A stretch of 64,000 nucleotides of DNA from Parvibaculum sp. (GCF_049651025.1 NZ_JBASBH010000035.1:3611-67610); one strand, 5' to 3'; numbered from the stretch's first letter, positions 26,347-36,589 are shown. Made by a program: numbers and translations. The notes: generated by a model not told the origin, from the sequence alone.

Positions 26347-26946
26347 ATGTTGAAAGAAATCCGCCCTGCCATCATCCTCACGCTGCTGCTCACGCTGCTC
26401 CTCGGCCTTGCCTATCCGCTCGGCATGACGCGCCTTGCCGGAATGTTCTTTCCTCATCAGGCATCAGGCAGCCTCATCGTGAAGAACGGCGCCGTCATCG
26501 GCTCCGAAATCATCGGCCAGACCTTCTCGAGCGCGAAATATTTCCATAGCCGCCCCTCGGCGACGACAGGGACCGACGACAAGGGCAACACCATTGCGCT
26601 CCCCAACAACGCCGCCAATTCGATGGGCTCCAATCTCGGGCCGACCAGCAAGGCCTTGATGGAGCGCATCAGGGGCGACGTTGAAAAGCTGAAAGCCGAA
26701 AACCCCGGCGCGGCCATTCCCGTCGACATGGTGACGACCTCGGCAAGCGGTTTCGACCCCGACATCACGCCCGCAGCCGCCCTCTTTCAGGTGCCCCGCG
26801 TCGCCAAGGCCCGGAATCTCGATCAGGCCAAGGTGGAAGCCCTCGTCAACCAGTTCACGAAACCGCGAACGCTGGGTATCATTGGCGAACCAGCGGTCAA
26901 CGTCCTGAAGCTCAACATGGCTCTGGATGCCGCAACGGCGGGATGA
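26347..26946 (+). CDS. kdpC: K+-transporting ATPase subunit C
   Basis: 199 aa with an N-terminal TM segment and the KdpC motifs GSLI, SNLGPTSKAL and TTSASGFDPDITP. Confidence 0.92.
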   Translation: MLKEIRPAIILTLLLTLLLGLAYPLGMTRLAGMFFPHQASGSLIVKNGAVIGSEIIGQTFSSAKYFHSRPSATTGTDDKGNTIALPNNAANSMGSNLGPTSKALMERIRGDVEKLKAENPGAAIPVDMVTTSASGFDPDITPAAALFQVPRVAKARNLDQAKVEALVNQFTKPRTLGIIGEPAVNVLKLNMALDAATAG

Positions 26947-26969
26947 ACGCGTTGACCCGACAGGCATAG

Positions 26970-29672
26970 ATGGCAAGCATCGACCAGACGGCGAGACGAC
27001 CCACTCCCGAAGCCTTGCTGGAACAGGCGGCGACGGAAGGGCGCGGCAAACTCAAGATCTTCCTCGGCGCTGCGCCCGGCGTCGGCAAGACATATGAGAT
27101 GCTGAGCTCCGGCGCCCAGCGCCAGAGAGAAGGCGTCGACGTCGTCATAGGCATCGTTGAAACGCATGGCCGCGCGGAAACCGAAAATCTGACGCGCGGC
27201 CTTGAAACGCTGCCCCGCGGCCGCATCGCCTACAAGGGCCGCATTCTCGAAGAGATGGACATCGATGCGGTTCTCGCGCGCCGTCCTTCGCTCGTTCTCG
27301 TTGACGAGCTTGCGCATACGAACGCGCCCGGCTCGCGCCACCCCAAGCGCTATCAGGACGTCGAGGAGCTGCTCGATGCGGGCATCGACGTCTATACGAC
27401 GCTCAACGTGCAGCATGTCGAGAGCCTCAACGACGTCGTGGCGCAGATCACGCGCATCCGGGTTCGCGAGACCGTGCCGGATTCGATCATCGACCGTGCC
27501 GACGAGATCGAGGTCATCGACGTCACGCCGCAAGAGCTGATCCAGCGGCTGCATGAAGGCAAGGTCTATGTGCGCGACGCGGCGCAGCGCGCGCTGAAGC
27601 ATTATTTCTCTCCCGGCAATCTGACGGCGCTGCGCGAACTCGCCCTCAGGCGCACGGCGCAGCGCGTCGACGAGCAGATGCTGAGCTATATGCGCGCGCA
27701 TGCGATTGCGGGACCCTGGGCGACGGATGAACGCCTCCTCGTCTGCATCGATGGCGGCCCGGCCTCCACCGGCCTCGTGCGCTACGCGCGGCGCTCCGCC
27801 GACCGGCTGCGCTGCAACTGGGCGGCGATCCATGTCGAAACGCTCGGCCATATTCCGGTGAGCGAGGCAGAGCGCGACAGGTTGAGCGAGGCGCTGCGTC
27901 TCGCCGAGACGCTGGGTGGCGAGGCCGTCACGCTTTCCAACGATCACGTTGCCGACGCGATCCTTGCCTATGCGCGCGAGAGCAATGCGACCCAGATCGT
28001 CCTCGGGCGGCCGCATGGCACCCGCTGGTTCGCGGCCTTTCGGCCCAACGTCACCAGCAATCTCATTCGCAATGCCGGGCAGATCGGCATTCATGTCGTG
28101 CCGGGCGATTCCGGCCCGGCAGAAAAAACCATCCGCACGCGCGTCGCGGGTGAAGGCGTTGACCTGATGCCTTATGCAATGAGCACGTTGACCGTCGGCG
28201 CGGCAATCGGCCTGGGCCGCCTCATCCATGTCATCACGCCGCTTCCCAATATCTCGCTGGTTTTCCTCGCCGCGATCCTCTTCACCGCCGTCAATTACGG
28301 GCTCTGGCCCTCGCTCTATGCGTCGCTGATCAGCACCCTCGCCTATAATTTCTTTTTTCTCGCACCGCTTTACACCTTCACCATCGCGGACCCGGCAAAT
28401 ATTCTCGCCCTCATCTTCTTCACCATCGTTGCGGTTCTCACCAGCAATCTGACGGCACGCACGCGGCGCCAGATCGTCGTTGCCCAAACGCGCGTCAAGA
28501 CGACGACGGACCTCAATTCCTTCAGCCGCAAGCTTGCCGGCATCAATGACCTCGACGATCTGCTCTGGGCGGCGTCCTTCCAGATCGCCTCCATGCTGAA
28601 ACTGCGCGTCGTCTTCCTCTTTCCCGCCGACGGCCATATGAGCGTCGCCGCAGCCTATCCGCCGGAAGATGTCGCGGATGACGCGGACCTCGCCGCCGCG
28701 CGCTGGGCCTTCGACCATCAGCGCCCGGCGGGCCGCAGTTCGGACACGCTGCCCGGCGCCAAGCGCCTCTTCCTGCCGATCAAGACCGCGACCGGTATGC
28801 TCGCGGTCGTCGGCCTCGACCGCGAAGCGCCCGGCCCGCTTTTCACTGCCGATGAGCGACGGCTTCTTGATGCGTTGCTCGACCAGATCGCGGTTTCCAT
28901 CGAGCGCATCAGGCTTGCCGAGGATATCGACAATGCGCGTGTGATGAGCGAAACGGAGCGGTTGCGCGGCGCCCTTCTCACCTCCATCTCACACGACCTC
29001 AGAACGCCGCTCGCCTCGATCATCGGCGCGGTCTCGAGCCTCAGAAGTTATTTCGACCAGTATGATGCGAAGCAGCGCACGGACCTCATTGCGACCATCG
29101 AGGACGAGGCCGAACGCCTCAATCGCTTTGTCGGCAATCTGCTCGACATCACGCGCCTCGAATCCGGCGCACTCAACATTCGCACCGACCGGGTGGAGAT
29201 CGGCGAACTCATCGAAACGGCGCTGCGCCGCGCCGCACGCATGCTCGCAAAGCATCGCGTGGAGGTCGCGCTCTCGCCTGACCTTCCACCCGTCCGCGCC
29301 GATGCCGTTCTGCTGGAACAGGTGATCTTCAATCTGCTCGACAATGCCGCAAAATATTCGCCGCCGGGCAGTCTTGTCCGCATCGGCGCCGAGCATGCCC
29401 ATAGCGAGATTCTTATCCGCGTGACCGATGAAGGCGAAGGCATACCGCCCGACGAGATCGATCTCATCTTCGACAAGTTCCATCGCGTACGCGCAGGCGA
29501 TCAGCGCCCGGCCGGAACGGGGCTTGGCCTCGCCGTCTGTCGCGGTTTCGTGGAAGCGTTCGGGGGGCACATCACCGCCGCCAACCGCGCCGACCGCCAC
29601 GGCGCACAGTTCACCATCGCGCTGCCTGTGGGCCCGCTCGATGCATCAGACAAGGCAAGATATCAGGCATGA
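26970..29672 (+). CDS. kdpD: Sensor histidine kinase KdpD
   Basis: 900 aa. N-terminal KdpD domain with P-loop GAAPGVGKTYEML, then a USP-like region, four TM segments, GAF-like region, H-box SISHDLRTPLASI, and HATPase N/G boxes (LLDNAAKYS, GTGLGLAVCRG). Confidence 0.95.
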   Translation: MASIDQTARRPTPEALLEQAATEGRGKLKIFLGAAPGVGKTYEMLSSGAQRQREGVDVVIGIVETHGRAETENLTRGLETLPRGRIAYKGRILEEMDIDAVLARRPSLVLVDELAHTNAPGSRHPKRYQDVEELLDAGIDVYTTLNVQHVESLNDVVAQITRIRVRETVPDSIIDRADEIEVIDVTPQELIQRLHEGKVYVRDAAQRALKHYFSPGNLTALRELALRRTAQRVDEQMLSYMRAHAIAGPWATDERLLVCIDGGPASTGLVRYARRSADRLRCNWAAIHVETLGHIPVSEAERDRLSEALRLAETLGGEAVTLSNDHVADAILAYARESNATQIVLGRPHGTRWFAAFRPNVTSNLIRNAGQIGIHVVPGDSGPAEKTIRTRVAGEGVDLMPYAMSTLTVGAAIGLGRLIHVITPLPNISLVFLAAILFTAVNYGLWPSLYASLISTLAYNFFFLAPLYTFTIADPANILALIFFTIVAVLTSNLTARTRRQIVVAQTRVKTTTDLNSFSRKLAGINDLDDLLWAASFQIASMLKLRVVFLFPADGHMSVAAAYPPEDVADDADLAAARWAFDHQRPAGRSSDTLPGAKRLFLPIKTATGMLAVVGLDREAPGPLFTADERRLLDALLDQIAVSIERIRLAEDIDNARVMSETERLRGALLTSISHDLRTPLASIIGAVSSLRSYFDQYDAKQRTDLIATIEDEAERLNRFVGNLLDITRLESGALNIRTDRVEIGELIETALRRAARMLAKHRVEVALSPDLPPVRADAVLLEQVIFNLLDNAAKYSPPGSLVRIGAEHAHSEILIRVTDEGEGIPPDEIDLIFDKFHRVRAGDQRPAGTGLGLAVCRGFVEAFGGHITAANRADRHGAQFTIALPVGPLDASDKARYQA

Positions 29673-30358
29673 GTGCATCGACGCATATTCTCATCGTCGA
29701 CGATGAACCGCAGATCCGACGCTTCCTGCGCACCAGCCTCGGCGCGCAGGGCTATCGCCTGTCTGAAGCGGCGACCGCCGCCGAGGCGCAAGCGATGGCG
29801 GCGAAAGACGAACCCGACCTCGTCATTCTCGATCTCGGCCTTCCCGACGGCGACGGATTTTCAGTGATCGAGACGTTGCGTGCACATTCGCATGTTCCGA
29901 TCATCGTGCTGTCGGTACGCAGCGACGAGCAGGGCAAGGTCCGCGCACTCGATCTCGGTGCCGACGACTATGTGACGAAGCCCTTCGGCATGGAGGAACT
30001 GGTTGCGCGCGTGCGCACGGCCCTGCGTCACAAACTTCAGGTGCAGGGCGAAGCGCCGATCTTCCGCAGCGGCGATCTCACCGCCGATCTTGTGCGTCGC
30101 CTCATCACTGTTGGTGGCCGGGAAATAAAACTTTCCGCGAAGGAATATGATCTCCTGCGCATTCTCATCATGCATGCAGGCAAGGTGCTGACGCATGGCT
30201 TCCTGCTGCGCGAAGTCTGGGGCCCGGCGCATACGGAAGACGTGCAATATCTCCGCGTCTATATTCGCCAGCTCCGCGAAAAACTCGAAGCCGATCCCAC
30301 CTTGCCGCAATTAATTCTCACCGAGACAGGCGTGGGCTACCGGCTGCGAGCGGAGTGA
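29669..30358 (+). CDS. kdpE: OmpR-family response regulator KdpE
   Basis: 229 aa. Receiver domain ILIVDDEP ... DLVILDLGLPDGDG and a winged-helix C-terminus (GVGYRL). Its start overlaps the kdpD stop. Confidence 0.93.
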   Translation: MSASTHILIVDDEPQIRRFLRTSLGAQGYRLSEAATAAEAQAMAAKDEPDLVILDLGLPDGDGFSVIETLRAHSHVPIIVLSVRSDEQGKVRALDLGADDYVTKPFGMEELVARVRTALRHKLQVQGEAPIFRSGDLTADLVRRLITVGGREIKLSAKEYDLLRILIMHAGKVLTHGFLLREVWGPAHTEDVQYLRVYIRQLREKLEADPTLPQLILTETGVGYRLRAE

Positions 30359-30855
30359 CGAACGGCATTCAACAGATCATCGTCAGCGGCGCCATCTCCA
30401 ATGCGCCCTCCATCCGGCTCGCTCCCGGCCAGTCCCTGCGTGGCGAAGATGACGGAGCTTCCATCACCTTCACCCTGGGCAAAGACGGCGTTCAGCTTTC
30501 ATCCGACAATCGCGTCCACAACATCCATCTCAAGACCTCAGTGGGCAAGTGCGCGATCCTCAACGACACCGCTGTTGCGAGCTTTGGGCGGATCGAACTG
30601 CGCGGCGTCACGACGACCGGTCGCGTCCAGATTCTGGCGCGCGACGCGGTGCGCGGCGGCCATGTCGACGTGAACGGCCACTACACCCCCGCCACCAAGG
30701 CGGACGTCGCCGCCGAGCGCGCCTATATGGTCGATCTGCATCAGCAGGTGCTCAACCTCGTGCGATCCGGCCAGTCATGGGACGAACTCTATCGCAACGT
30801 CCACTTCAGCAACGATGGCAAAAAATGGATTGCCTTCGACAGCGTCCGTCCCAAA
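30355..30855 (+). pseudogene. Probable chimeric gene remnant: beta-helix-like N-terminal fragment joined to an MBL-hydrolase-like C-terminal fragment
   Basis: A GTG-initiated ORF overlaps the kdpE stop. Its first ~105 aa have repetitive beta-strand character. The sequence then switches abruptly to HYTPATKADVAAERAYMVDLHQQVLNLVRSGQSWDELY, which resembles the extreme C-terminus of MBL-fold hydrolases. The ORF then runs 219 nt antisense into the convergent FAH gene (track end 31074). Confidence 0.3.
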
Positions 30856-31686
30856 TCAAAATTGCCCAAGCGCCACGCGACGTACGGCATCCGTATCGGT
30901 TGGTTCGTGACCGACTTTGTGAGCGGGTGCAGGTACCTCCTGCACAGTATTGGTCACCTTGCCGATGCCGGTGACTTCCACTTCGACCACGTCGCCCGGA
31001 TTCATGGGGCGCGAATTTGCGGGTGTGCCTGTGAGCACGATGTCGCCCGGCAGAAAGGTGATGTGTCGCGATAGATCGGCGAAGATGTAATCGATCGGGA
31101 AGGTCATGTCGCTGACCGGCCCGTCCTGCACCACCTTGCCGTTAATGTAGGTGCGCACGCTCTCCTTGCGGATATCGACACCCCTGACGATGCCGGGGCC
31201 AATCGGACAAAAACCGTCCTGGCCCTTCACCCGCAGCATCGAGCCTGCATCCGTGTCGCGAAAATCTTGCGCACCGACATCGTTGGCCGGAGCAAAACCC
31301 GCGAGATGATCCCAGACATCCTCGCGCGCAATATTGCGCATCGGCTTGCCGACGATCGCCGCGATCTCGCCCTCATAGTTGAGATATTTGCAGTTCGCGG
31401 GCCGATTCAGAAAGCCGCGATGGGAATTGAGCGTCGTCAGCGGCTTCTGGAAATAGGTCGGCGTCACCAGCGGCGGAGCCTTGAACTCGGCGCGACGAGA
31501 GTCGTAGTTCAAATGGATGCAGATGATCTTGGTCGGATCGCAAGGCGGAAGGTAAACAGCATCGGCGTCGGCAACCGTGCGTCCATCGCCGAGCCGCAGC
31601 CAGTCTCCTTCGGGACGCACCCATTTCGGCGTTCCTTCGTGAAGGATACGGCGCCATTCCTCGCGGGGACCATTCAGAACCGACAT
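30856..31686 (-). CDS. Fumarylacetoacetate hydrolase (FAH) family protein; candidate HpaG-like isomerase/decarboxylase
   Basis: 276 aa with the FAH-fold motifs LNYEGEIAAIVGK, PANDVGAQDF, AKGQDGFCPIGP-like KGQDGFCPIGPGIV and GDIVLTGTPAN. Last gene of the meta-cleavage operon. Confidence 0.8.
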   Translation of the reverse strand: MSVLNGPREEWRRILHEGTPKWVRPEGDWLRLGDGRTVADADAVYLPPCDPTKIICIHLNYDSRRAEFKAPPLVTPTYFQKPLTTLNSHRGFLNRPANCKYLNYEGEIAAIVGKPMRNIAREDVWDHLAGFAPANDVGAQDFRDTDAGSMLRVKGQDGFCPIGPGIVRGVDIRKESVRTYINGKVVQDGPVSDMTFPIDYIFADLSRHITFLPGDIVLTGTPANSRPMNPGDVVEVEVTGIGKVTNTVQEVPAPAHKVGHEPTDTDAVRRVALGQF

Positions 31687-31806
31687 TCATTTCTCCCGTT
31701 CATTTTCTGATTTGGATTCAGCCGGGGAGCTGATCCAGCAAGCTCCCCGGCAATGCTCGCCGCCCATACTCTGGGGAAGCGGCGGACATGGTCGATCTCG
31801 TCGCCG

Positions 31807-32721
31807 CTATTCGGCAGCGGTCTCCATGATGCCCTTCATGACACCGGCGACGGGCTCGTGCCCGTAGGTGTCGCGCTGGTAATATTCAGACTGATGCGTC
31901 GCGGGACGGGCGCCCCAACCAATTTCACACATCCAGCCCGAGGGGTTCATGAAATAGAACGAATACATATGATCGTTGGCATGACGCCCCGGCGCGATCG
32001 CGACGGGAACGTCGTTCTGCCGCACAATTTCGTAAGCGAGACCGACGTCGTCGAAACTCTCCACCTCGATCATCAGGTGGTTGATCCGCTTGGTGCCGGG
32101 CGGGCCGAAAGCGATCGTGTGATCGCGGCTGTTGCAATGCATGAACATGAGTTCGGCTGGCCGAGGAAGGCCCGGAAAGGGAATCTTGTATTCGATGCCA
32201 CCGCGCATGCCGAGCAGCTTGTAGAATTCGTACGTCTTCTCAAGGCCGACCGTCTCGCGCTGGATCAGATGTCCTAGCCCGCCATCGCCGGTTTTGAACT
32301 TGCCATGCATCCGCCGCCCCGGATGAAACGGCTTGTCGAGCTGGAGCTGCGGCCCGTGAAAAATTTCGAGCGGATAGCCGCTGGCATCCTCGAACTTCAT
32401 CAGCTCAAGGACACGGCGATCGTCAGCTTCCTCCGGTGTGCCGATGCGGACTTTCACGCCGGCATCTGAAAGCTGTTTCTGCATCTGACGAAATTCCTCG
32501 ACGCCCGCGACGCGGAATCCGAGATAGTCGACATCGTCATGGCCGTTTTCCTCGACGATGAATCGATGATGCCAATAATCCATGCGGAAATAGCAGCGAC
32601 CCGCCTCGCCTTCATCGACCACTTCCAGTCCGAGTATCCGGGAAGCGTAGTCCTTCCATTTATCGAGGCTCTTGACGCCGAGCCCCATGTAGCCAAGCTC
32701 CGTGACCTGCACCATGCCCAT
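31807..32721 (-). CDS. Type I (VOC-fold, two-domain) Fe(II) extradiol ring-cleavage dioxygenase
   Basis: 304 aa. ELGYMGLGVKSLDKW, LGHLI, HCNSRDHTIAF, INHLMIEV and GRHANDHMYSFYF resemble the BphC/catechol-2,3-dioxygenase family. Confidence 0.85.
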   Translation of the reverse strand: MGMVQVTELGYMGLGVKSLDKWKDYASRILGLEVVDEGEAGRCYFRMDYWHHRFIVEENGHDDVDYLGFRVAGVEEFRQMQKQLSDAGVKVRIGTPEEADDRRVLELMKFEDASGYPLEIFHGPQLQLDKPFHPGRRMHGKFKTGDGGLGHLIQRETVGLEKTYEFYKLLGMRGGIEYKIPFPGLPRPAELMFMHCNSRDHTIAFGPPGTKRINHLMIEVESFDDVGLAYEIVRQNDVPVAIAPGRHANDHMYSFYFMNPSGWMCEIGWGARPATHQSEYYQRDTYGHEPVAGVMKGIMETAAE

Positions 32722-32729
32722 TCCTCCCC

Positions 32730-34193
32730 TCAGGCGAACGATCCTTTGCGGATCGATATGTTCTTGATGTCGCTATAGAAGTCGAAGCTCCAGGTTCCGC
32801 CTTCGCGGCCGATCCCGGAATCCCGGCTTCCGCCGAAAGGCACCGCGAGATCGCGCACGAAGAAGCAATTGACCCAGACCGTGCCCGCTACGACCTTCGA
32901 TGCGAATGCGGTCGCGCGCGCTTCATTCCGGCTGAAGAGCGTCGCGGCAAGGCCGTATCTGGTGCCATTCGCAAGCTCGATCGCCTCATCGTCGGATGAG
33001 AAGTTCTGCCAGGTGAGAACGGGGCCGAAGACTTCGCGCTGCGCGATTTCGAGTTCCGGACTCACGTTGGAAAAAAGCGTCGGCTGGAAATAAAGCTCGC
33101 CGAAATTGGCGCGCGAGCCGCCCCAGAGCGGCACGGCCCCATCTGCCTTGGCGCGGTCGACGAAGCCCGCGACACGATCGAAATGCTCTTTATGAATGAG
33201 CGGTCCGACACGAGTATCCTTGTCACGCGGATCACCGACGATCATGTGGCTCGCGGCGCTGCGAACTTTTTCCAGAAACGGTTCCTCGATCGATTTCTCG
33301 ACCATGATCCGAGTACCGGCAAGGCAGACCTGCCCCGCATTCATGTATTGCGCGGCCACCGTTTGCGCCGCCGCATCGAGATCGGCATCTGCGCAGACGA
33401 TGAAAGGCGACTTTCCGCCAAGCTCCGAACTCATCGGCGTGATGGAGCGCGCCGCTGCCTGACCAATGATTTTCGCCGTGTCCGTCGAGCCCGTAAAGCT
33501 GATGCGATCAACATCGGGATGATTGACAAGCGCATCGCCAGCTTCTTCGCCTATCCCCTGCACGACATTGAGAACGCCTGCGGGAACACCAGCAGCATGG
33601 GCGATATCGGCCATCAGCGAGCAGGTGAGCGGCGCCCATTCCGGCGGCTTGACGACGATGGTGTTGCCAGCGGCGAGCGCGGGGCCAACCTTCCATGTCG
33701 TCAACATCAAGGGCGCATTCCACGGCGTGATCAGTGCCGCGACGCCTGCAGGATCATATCTCACATGATTGACGACCTCGGGCGAGTCGATCGAATGACC
33801 ATCGAGCGTCAGCGCCCAGTCGGCAAAAAATTCGATATTCTGTGCCGCGCGCGGAACGACCCTGTGCACGTTGCCCATGAGCAGCGAACCGTTGTCCATG
33901 GTTTCAACGGCGGCAAGTTCATTTGCGCGCGCCAGAATGCCTTGAGCGAAGCGCTTCAGGATCGGCAAGCGACCTTTGGGACCAAGAGCGGCCCATGCCG
34001 GAAACGCCTTGCGGGCGGCGGCGACAGCCTGATCCACCTCCGCCTTGCCGCCGGCGGCGACATCCGCCAGGTGCGAACCGTCCACCGGCGACATATTGGC
34101 GAACCCCCGTGCAGACGATACGCGCCGCCCGTCGATCCAGTGATCGGTCGAGACCTCGACACCGGCAATATTTGCAACATTCCTCGCCATCAC
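32730..34193 (-). CDS. NAD-dependent aldehyde dehydrogenase; candidate 5-carboxymethyl-2-hydroxymuconate semialdehyde dehydrogenase
   Basis: 487 aa ALDH with ITPWNAPL, FTGSTDTAKII, SELGGKSPFIV and QVCLAGTRI (catalytic Cys). The specific role is inferred from operon context. Confidence 0.85.
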   Translation of the reverse strand: MMARNVANIAGVEVSTDHWIDGRRVSSARGFANMSPVDGSHLADVAAGGKAEVDQAVAAARKAFPAWAALGPKGRLPILKRFAQGILARANELAAVETMDNGSLLMGNVHRVVPRAAQNIEFFADWALTLDGHSIDSPEVVNHVRYDPAGVAALITPWNAPLMLTTWKVGPALAAGNTIVVKPPEWAPLTCSLMADIAHAAGVPAGVLNVVQGIGEEAGDALVNHPDVDRISFTGSTDTAKIIGQAAARSITPMSSELGGKSPFIVCADADLDAAAQTVAAQYMNAGQVCLAGTRIMVEKSIEEPFLEKVRSAASHMIVGDPRDKDTRVGPLIHKEHFDRVAGFVDRAKADGAVPLWGGSRANFGELYFQPTLFSNVSPELEIAQREVFGPVLTWQNFSSDDEAIELANGTRYGLAATLFSRNEARATAFASKVVAGTVWVNCFFVRDLAVPFGGSRDSGIGREGGTWSFDFYSDIKNISIRKGSFA

Positions 34194-35665
34194 ACCGCCT
34201 CCGCAAGCTTGAGTTCCGGGGCGAGCGGCGCGTCTTCCTTCAGGAAACGGTCGACCAGACGATCGGCCCGACCGCGGTCGGCGATCATGTGGGCGACCTG
34301 CTGGTTGCGCGCGCCAGAGGCCAGATAGAAGCGCTCATATTGTTCGCCGCGGCTTGCAAGCGCGCTACCTGTAAAGTCCCAGGCGAGACGGAAGAGGCGG
34401 CTGCGCGTCTCGGCGTCGATACCGTTTGCTCCATGCATGTAGCGATCGATGAGCGGCCGCAAGCCCGGATCTGCAAGCTGCGCTTCGGTCGGCGCGGCCA
34501 ACAGATTGTGCGAACCGAGAAGACGGATGATCTCGTTCACGCGGGGGAACCAGCTCGGCAGCAACGATTTCAGCGCGGTGAGCGGCGCACCGTTCGGGAA
34601 CCAGACACCGTTACCGAACTCATAGGCGTCCTGTTCGGCCGACTGGATGCAGGAGCGCGCGAATTGGCCATAGCTCCACAATTCGCCCAGCATCTGCACG
34701 GATGGCGGCTGCAACCCGCCAATCGCCTCCGTCATGCGCGTTGCGATGCCCCATGCGAATTCGAGCTTGGTCTGTGCCCGGATCATGGTTTGCTGCATCA
34801 CATTCGGAAACCAGCCGGTTGCCATAACCTGATTGTAGACATTGACGTTGCAGTTGATGTGGATGCGGTCTCGCGGGACCTCCACATCGTCAAAGATGAC
34901 AAAGGCATCCTGCTCGTCGAAGCGCGAAGATAGCGGATGGTCGCGCAAGTTAAGCGTGCCGGCGCAGCTGTCACGGCAGATGAATTTGAGGCCGGGCGTG
35001 TTGATGGGGATGCAGAAGGAGAGTGCATAGTCGTGCGCATCGGGGCGCACGGGATGCGCCGGATAGACAGCAAGCTCGTCCGCAAAGGGGGCAAGCGTCG
35101 CCAGAACGCGGGCGCCGCGCACAATGATGCCGTGTTCCGTCTCACCGACCTTATGAAGCGGCACTTCATTCGGCGGACCCACGATATCGCCGGCCGCCTT
35201 GTCGACCGTCGGATGGATGATGGTGTGGGTGAGCGAGATGTCATTGCGGCGCAGGAATTTCTGATAGTTGACGAGGTTCTCCGCGCCCTCCTCATTGCCG
35301 TTCGCGCCCCATTCGTCAGAGCGGCCTGCAAATCCCGCATAGGTCACGTTCATATAGTCTGGCGATCGCCCCATGACGCCGACTGTATATTCCGCATGGC
35401 GCGCCAGCGCCTTGTGGCGGCGCAGAATGTCCTCCTTCGAGCGCGGAATCATGTGGCTGGCATTGATCTTCTCGCCCGTTTCCGGGTCCGGCATCAGGCA
35501 GTCCTCTGCATAGGCGTATTGCAGGTCGAAAAGACCGGCAAGGCCGCGCGCGGCGCCTGCGAAGGCCGGATGATCGACAATATCGGTGACGCGGTCGGAC
35601 CCTACCCAGATCTCGCGGTCGCCCTTCAGACCCTTCAGGAATTCCTTTCCTGTACGTGCCGCCAT
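34190..35665 (-). CDS. HpaB-family (group D) flavin-dependent aromatic monooxygenase, oxygenase component
   Basis: 491 aa from the ATG at 35665 (RBS AAGGGAGGGGAG): MAARTGKEFLKGLKGDREIWVGSDRVTDIVDHPAF ... The profile is typical of 4-hydroxyphenylacetate 3-hydroxylase-like proteins. The 644-aa track ORF extends antisense into the tetR gene and was trimmed. Confidence 0.85.
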   Translation of the reverse strand: MAARTGKEFLKGLKGDREIWVGSDRVTDIVDHPAFAGAARGLAGLFDLQYAYAEDCLMPDPETGEKINASHMIPRSKEDILRRHKALARHAEYTVGVMGRSPDYMNVTYAGFAGRSDEWGANGNEEGAENLVNYQKFLRRNDISLTHTIIHPTVDKAAGDIVGPPNEVPLHKVGETEHGIIVRGARVLATLAPFADELAVYPAHPVRPDAHDYALSFCIPINTPGLKFICRDSCAGTLNLRDHPLSSRFDEQDAFVIFDDVEVPRDRIHINCNVNVYNQVMATGWFPNVMQQTMIRAQTKLEFAWGIATRMTEAIGGLQPPSVQMLGELWSYGQFARSCIQSAEQDAYEFGNGVWFPNGAPLTALKSLLPSWFPRVNEIIRLLGSHNLLAAPTEAQLADPGLRPLIDRYMHGANGIDAETRSRLFRLAWDFTGSALASRGEQYERFYLASGARNQQVAHMIADRGRADRLVDRFLKEDAPLAPELKLAEAV

Positions 35666-35717
35666 GTGCGCTCCCCTCCCTTGAATGTGGGACGTCGCCT
35701 CATGAGTGCGCGCCCGT

Positions 35718-35737
35718 TTATGATTCAATTCATTTAT
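35718..35737. promoter_or_regulatory. Candidate operator, copy 1 of a shared 20-bp motif
   Basis: ttatgattcaattcatttat contains ATGA-N6-TCAT dyad symmetry. It lies in the hpaB/tetR divergent intergenic region and matches 36617-36636 at 17/20 positions. Confidence 0.45.
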
Positions 35738-35878
35738 GAGTACAATCACTTTTAAAAAACGTGTCAAGCGTCGAGTTATATTGCGGCGGCGAAAGGTGCG
35801 ATTGACAACGGGGAGCGATCGGCCAAGTTGTTTCTTCGACGAGAATTCGAGCGAGATTCGCAGGAAGAGCGGTAGGAA

Positions 35879-36589
35879 GTGGCTGAAACCAAGGCGACGA
35901 AGGTACGGAAGGCGGGCGTCCCGCCCATCCCACGCACAGGACGGCGCGAGCGCAATAAACAAGAAAAGCTCGACCGGATTCTTGCCGCCGCCCGCGATCT
36001 TTTTGCCGCCAAGGGCTTCAACGAAACGACCACGCAGGAAATCGCCCAGCGCGCCGATATCGGAACGGGCACGCTGTTCCTCTATGCAAAGACCAAGGAA
36101 GACCTCCTCATCATGGTCTTCCATGACGAAATGATCGAAACGTCACGGACAGCTTTTCGCAAGGTTTCGCCGGACACGCCGCTGATCGATCAGCTCATGC
36201 AGGTCTTCAACTCGATGATCGCCTATCACAATCGCGACTTGCCGCTCGCGCGCGCGCTCATTCGCGAAATCACCGTGCTCTCCCGCCCCGAACGCCGCGA
36301 GGATGTGCGCTCGCTGATGCGCGTTATCTATAGCGGCATCGCCGATCTTCTTGCGGCGACGCAGAAGAAAGAAAAACTACGGACGGACGTCGATCTGATG
36401 ATGGCCGCCGAAAATTTTTTCGGCATCTATTACCTCAGCCTGATCGGCTGGCTCGGCGGACAAACGACGAAGCAGGACTTCGTGAAAAGACTTCGCAGAA
36501 AGCTCACAATCGCCGTCGAGGGGCTGATCGATCGCACCGCCGGAACGCCCGCCGCAGCGAAAAACAGATCGGCGCAAAAAATCAGATGA
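35879..36589 (+). CDS. TetR/AcrR-family transcriptional regulator
   Basis: 236 aa (GTG start). N-terminal HTH ILAAARDLFAAKGFNETTTQEIAQRADIGTGTLFLYAKTKEDLL. Confidence 0.88.
   Translation: MAETKATKVRKAGVPPIPRTGRRERNKQEKLDRILAAARDLFAAKGFNETTTQEIAQRADIGTGTLFLYAKTKEDLLIMVFHDEMIETSRTAFRKVSPDTPLIDQLMQVFNSMIAYHNRDLPLARALIREITVLSRPERREDVRSLMRVIYSGIADLLAATQKKEKLRTDVDLMMAAENFFGIYYLSLIGWLGGQTTKQDFVKRLRRKLTIAVEGLIDRTAGTPAAAKNRSAQKIR

Noticed and set aside
20465-28718. Large antisense ORFs across the acyl-CoA synthetase and kdp genes (20465-21766, 22324-23427, 25306-26457, 26823-28718 and others)
   Set aside because: All lie opposite genes with unambiguous family motifs and show Arg/Asp/Gly/Ala-biased composition without domains.
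33183-35755. Plus-strand ORFs 33183-34328, 33923-34933 and 34937-35755
   Set aside because: They are antisense to the aldehyde dehydrogenase and HpaB-family genes and are shadow ORFs.
35666-36124. Upstream 153-codon extension of the HpaB-family ORF
   Set aside because: It overlaps the TetR gene on the opposite strand. Homology and a strong RBS begin at 35665.
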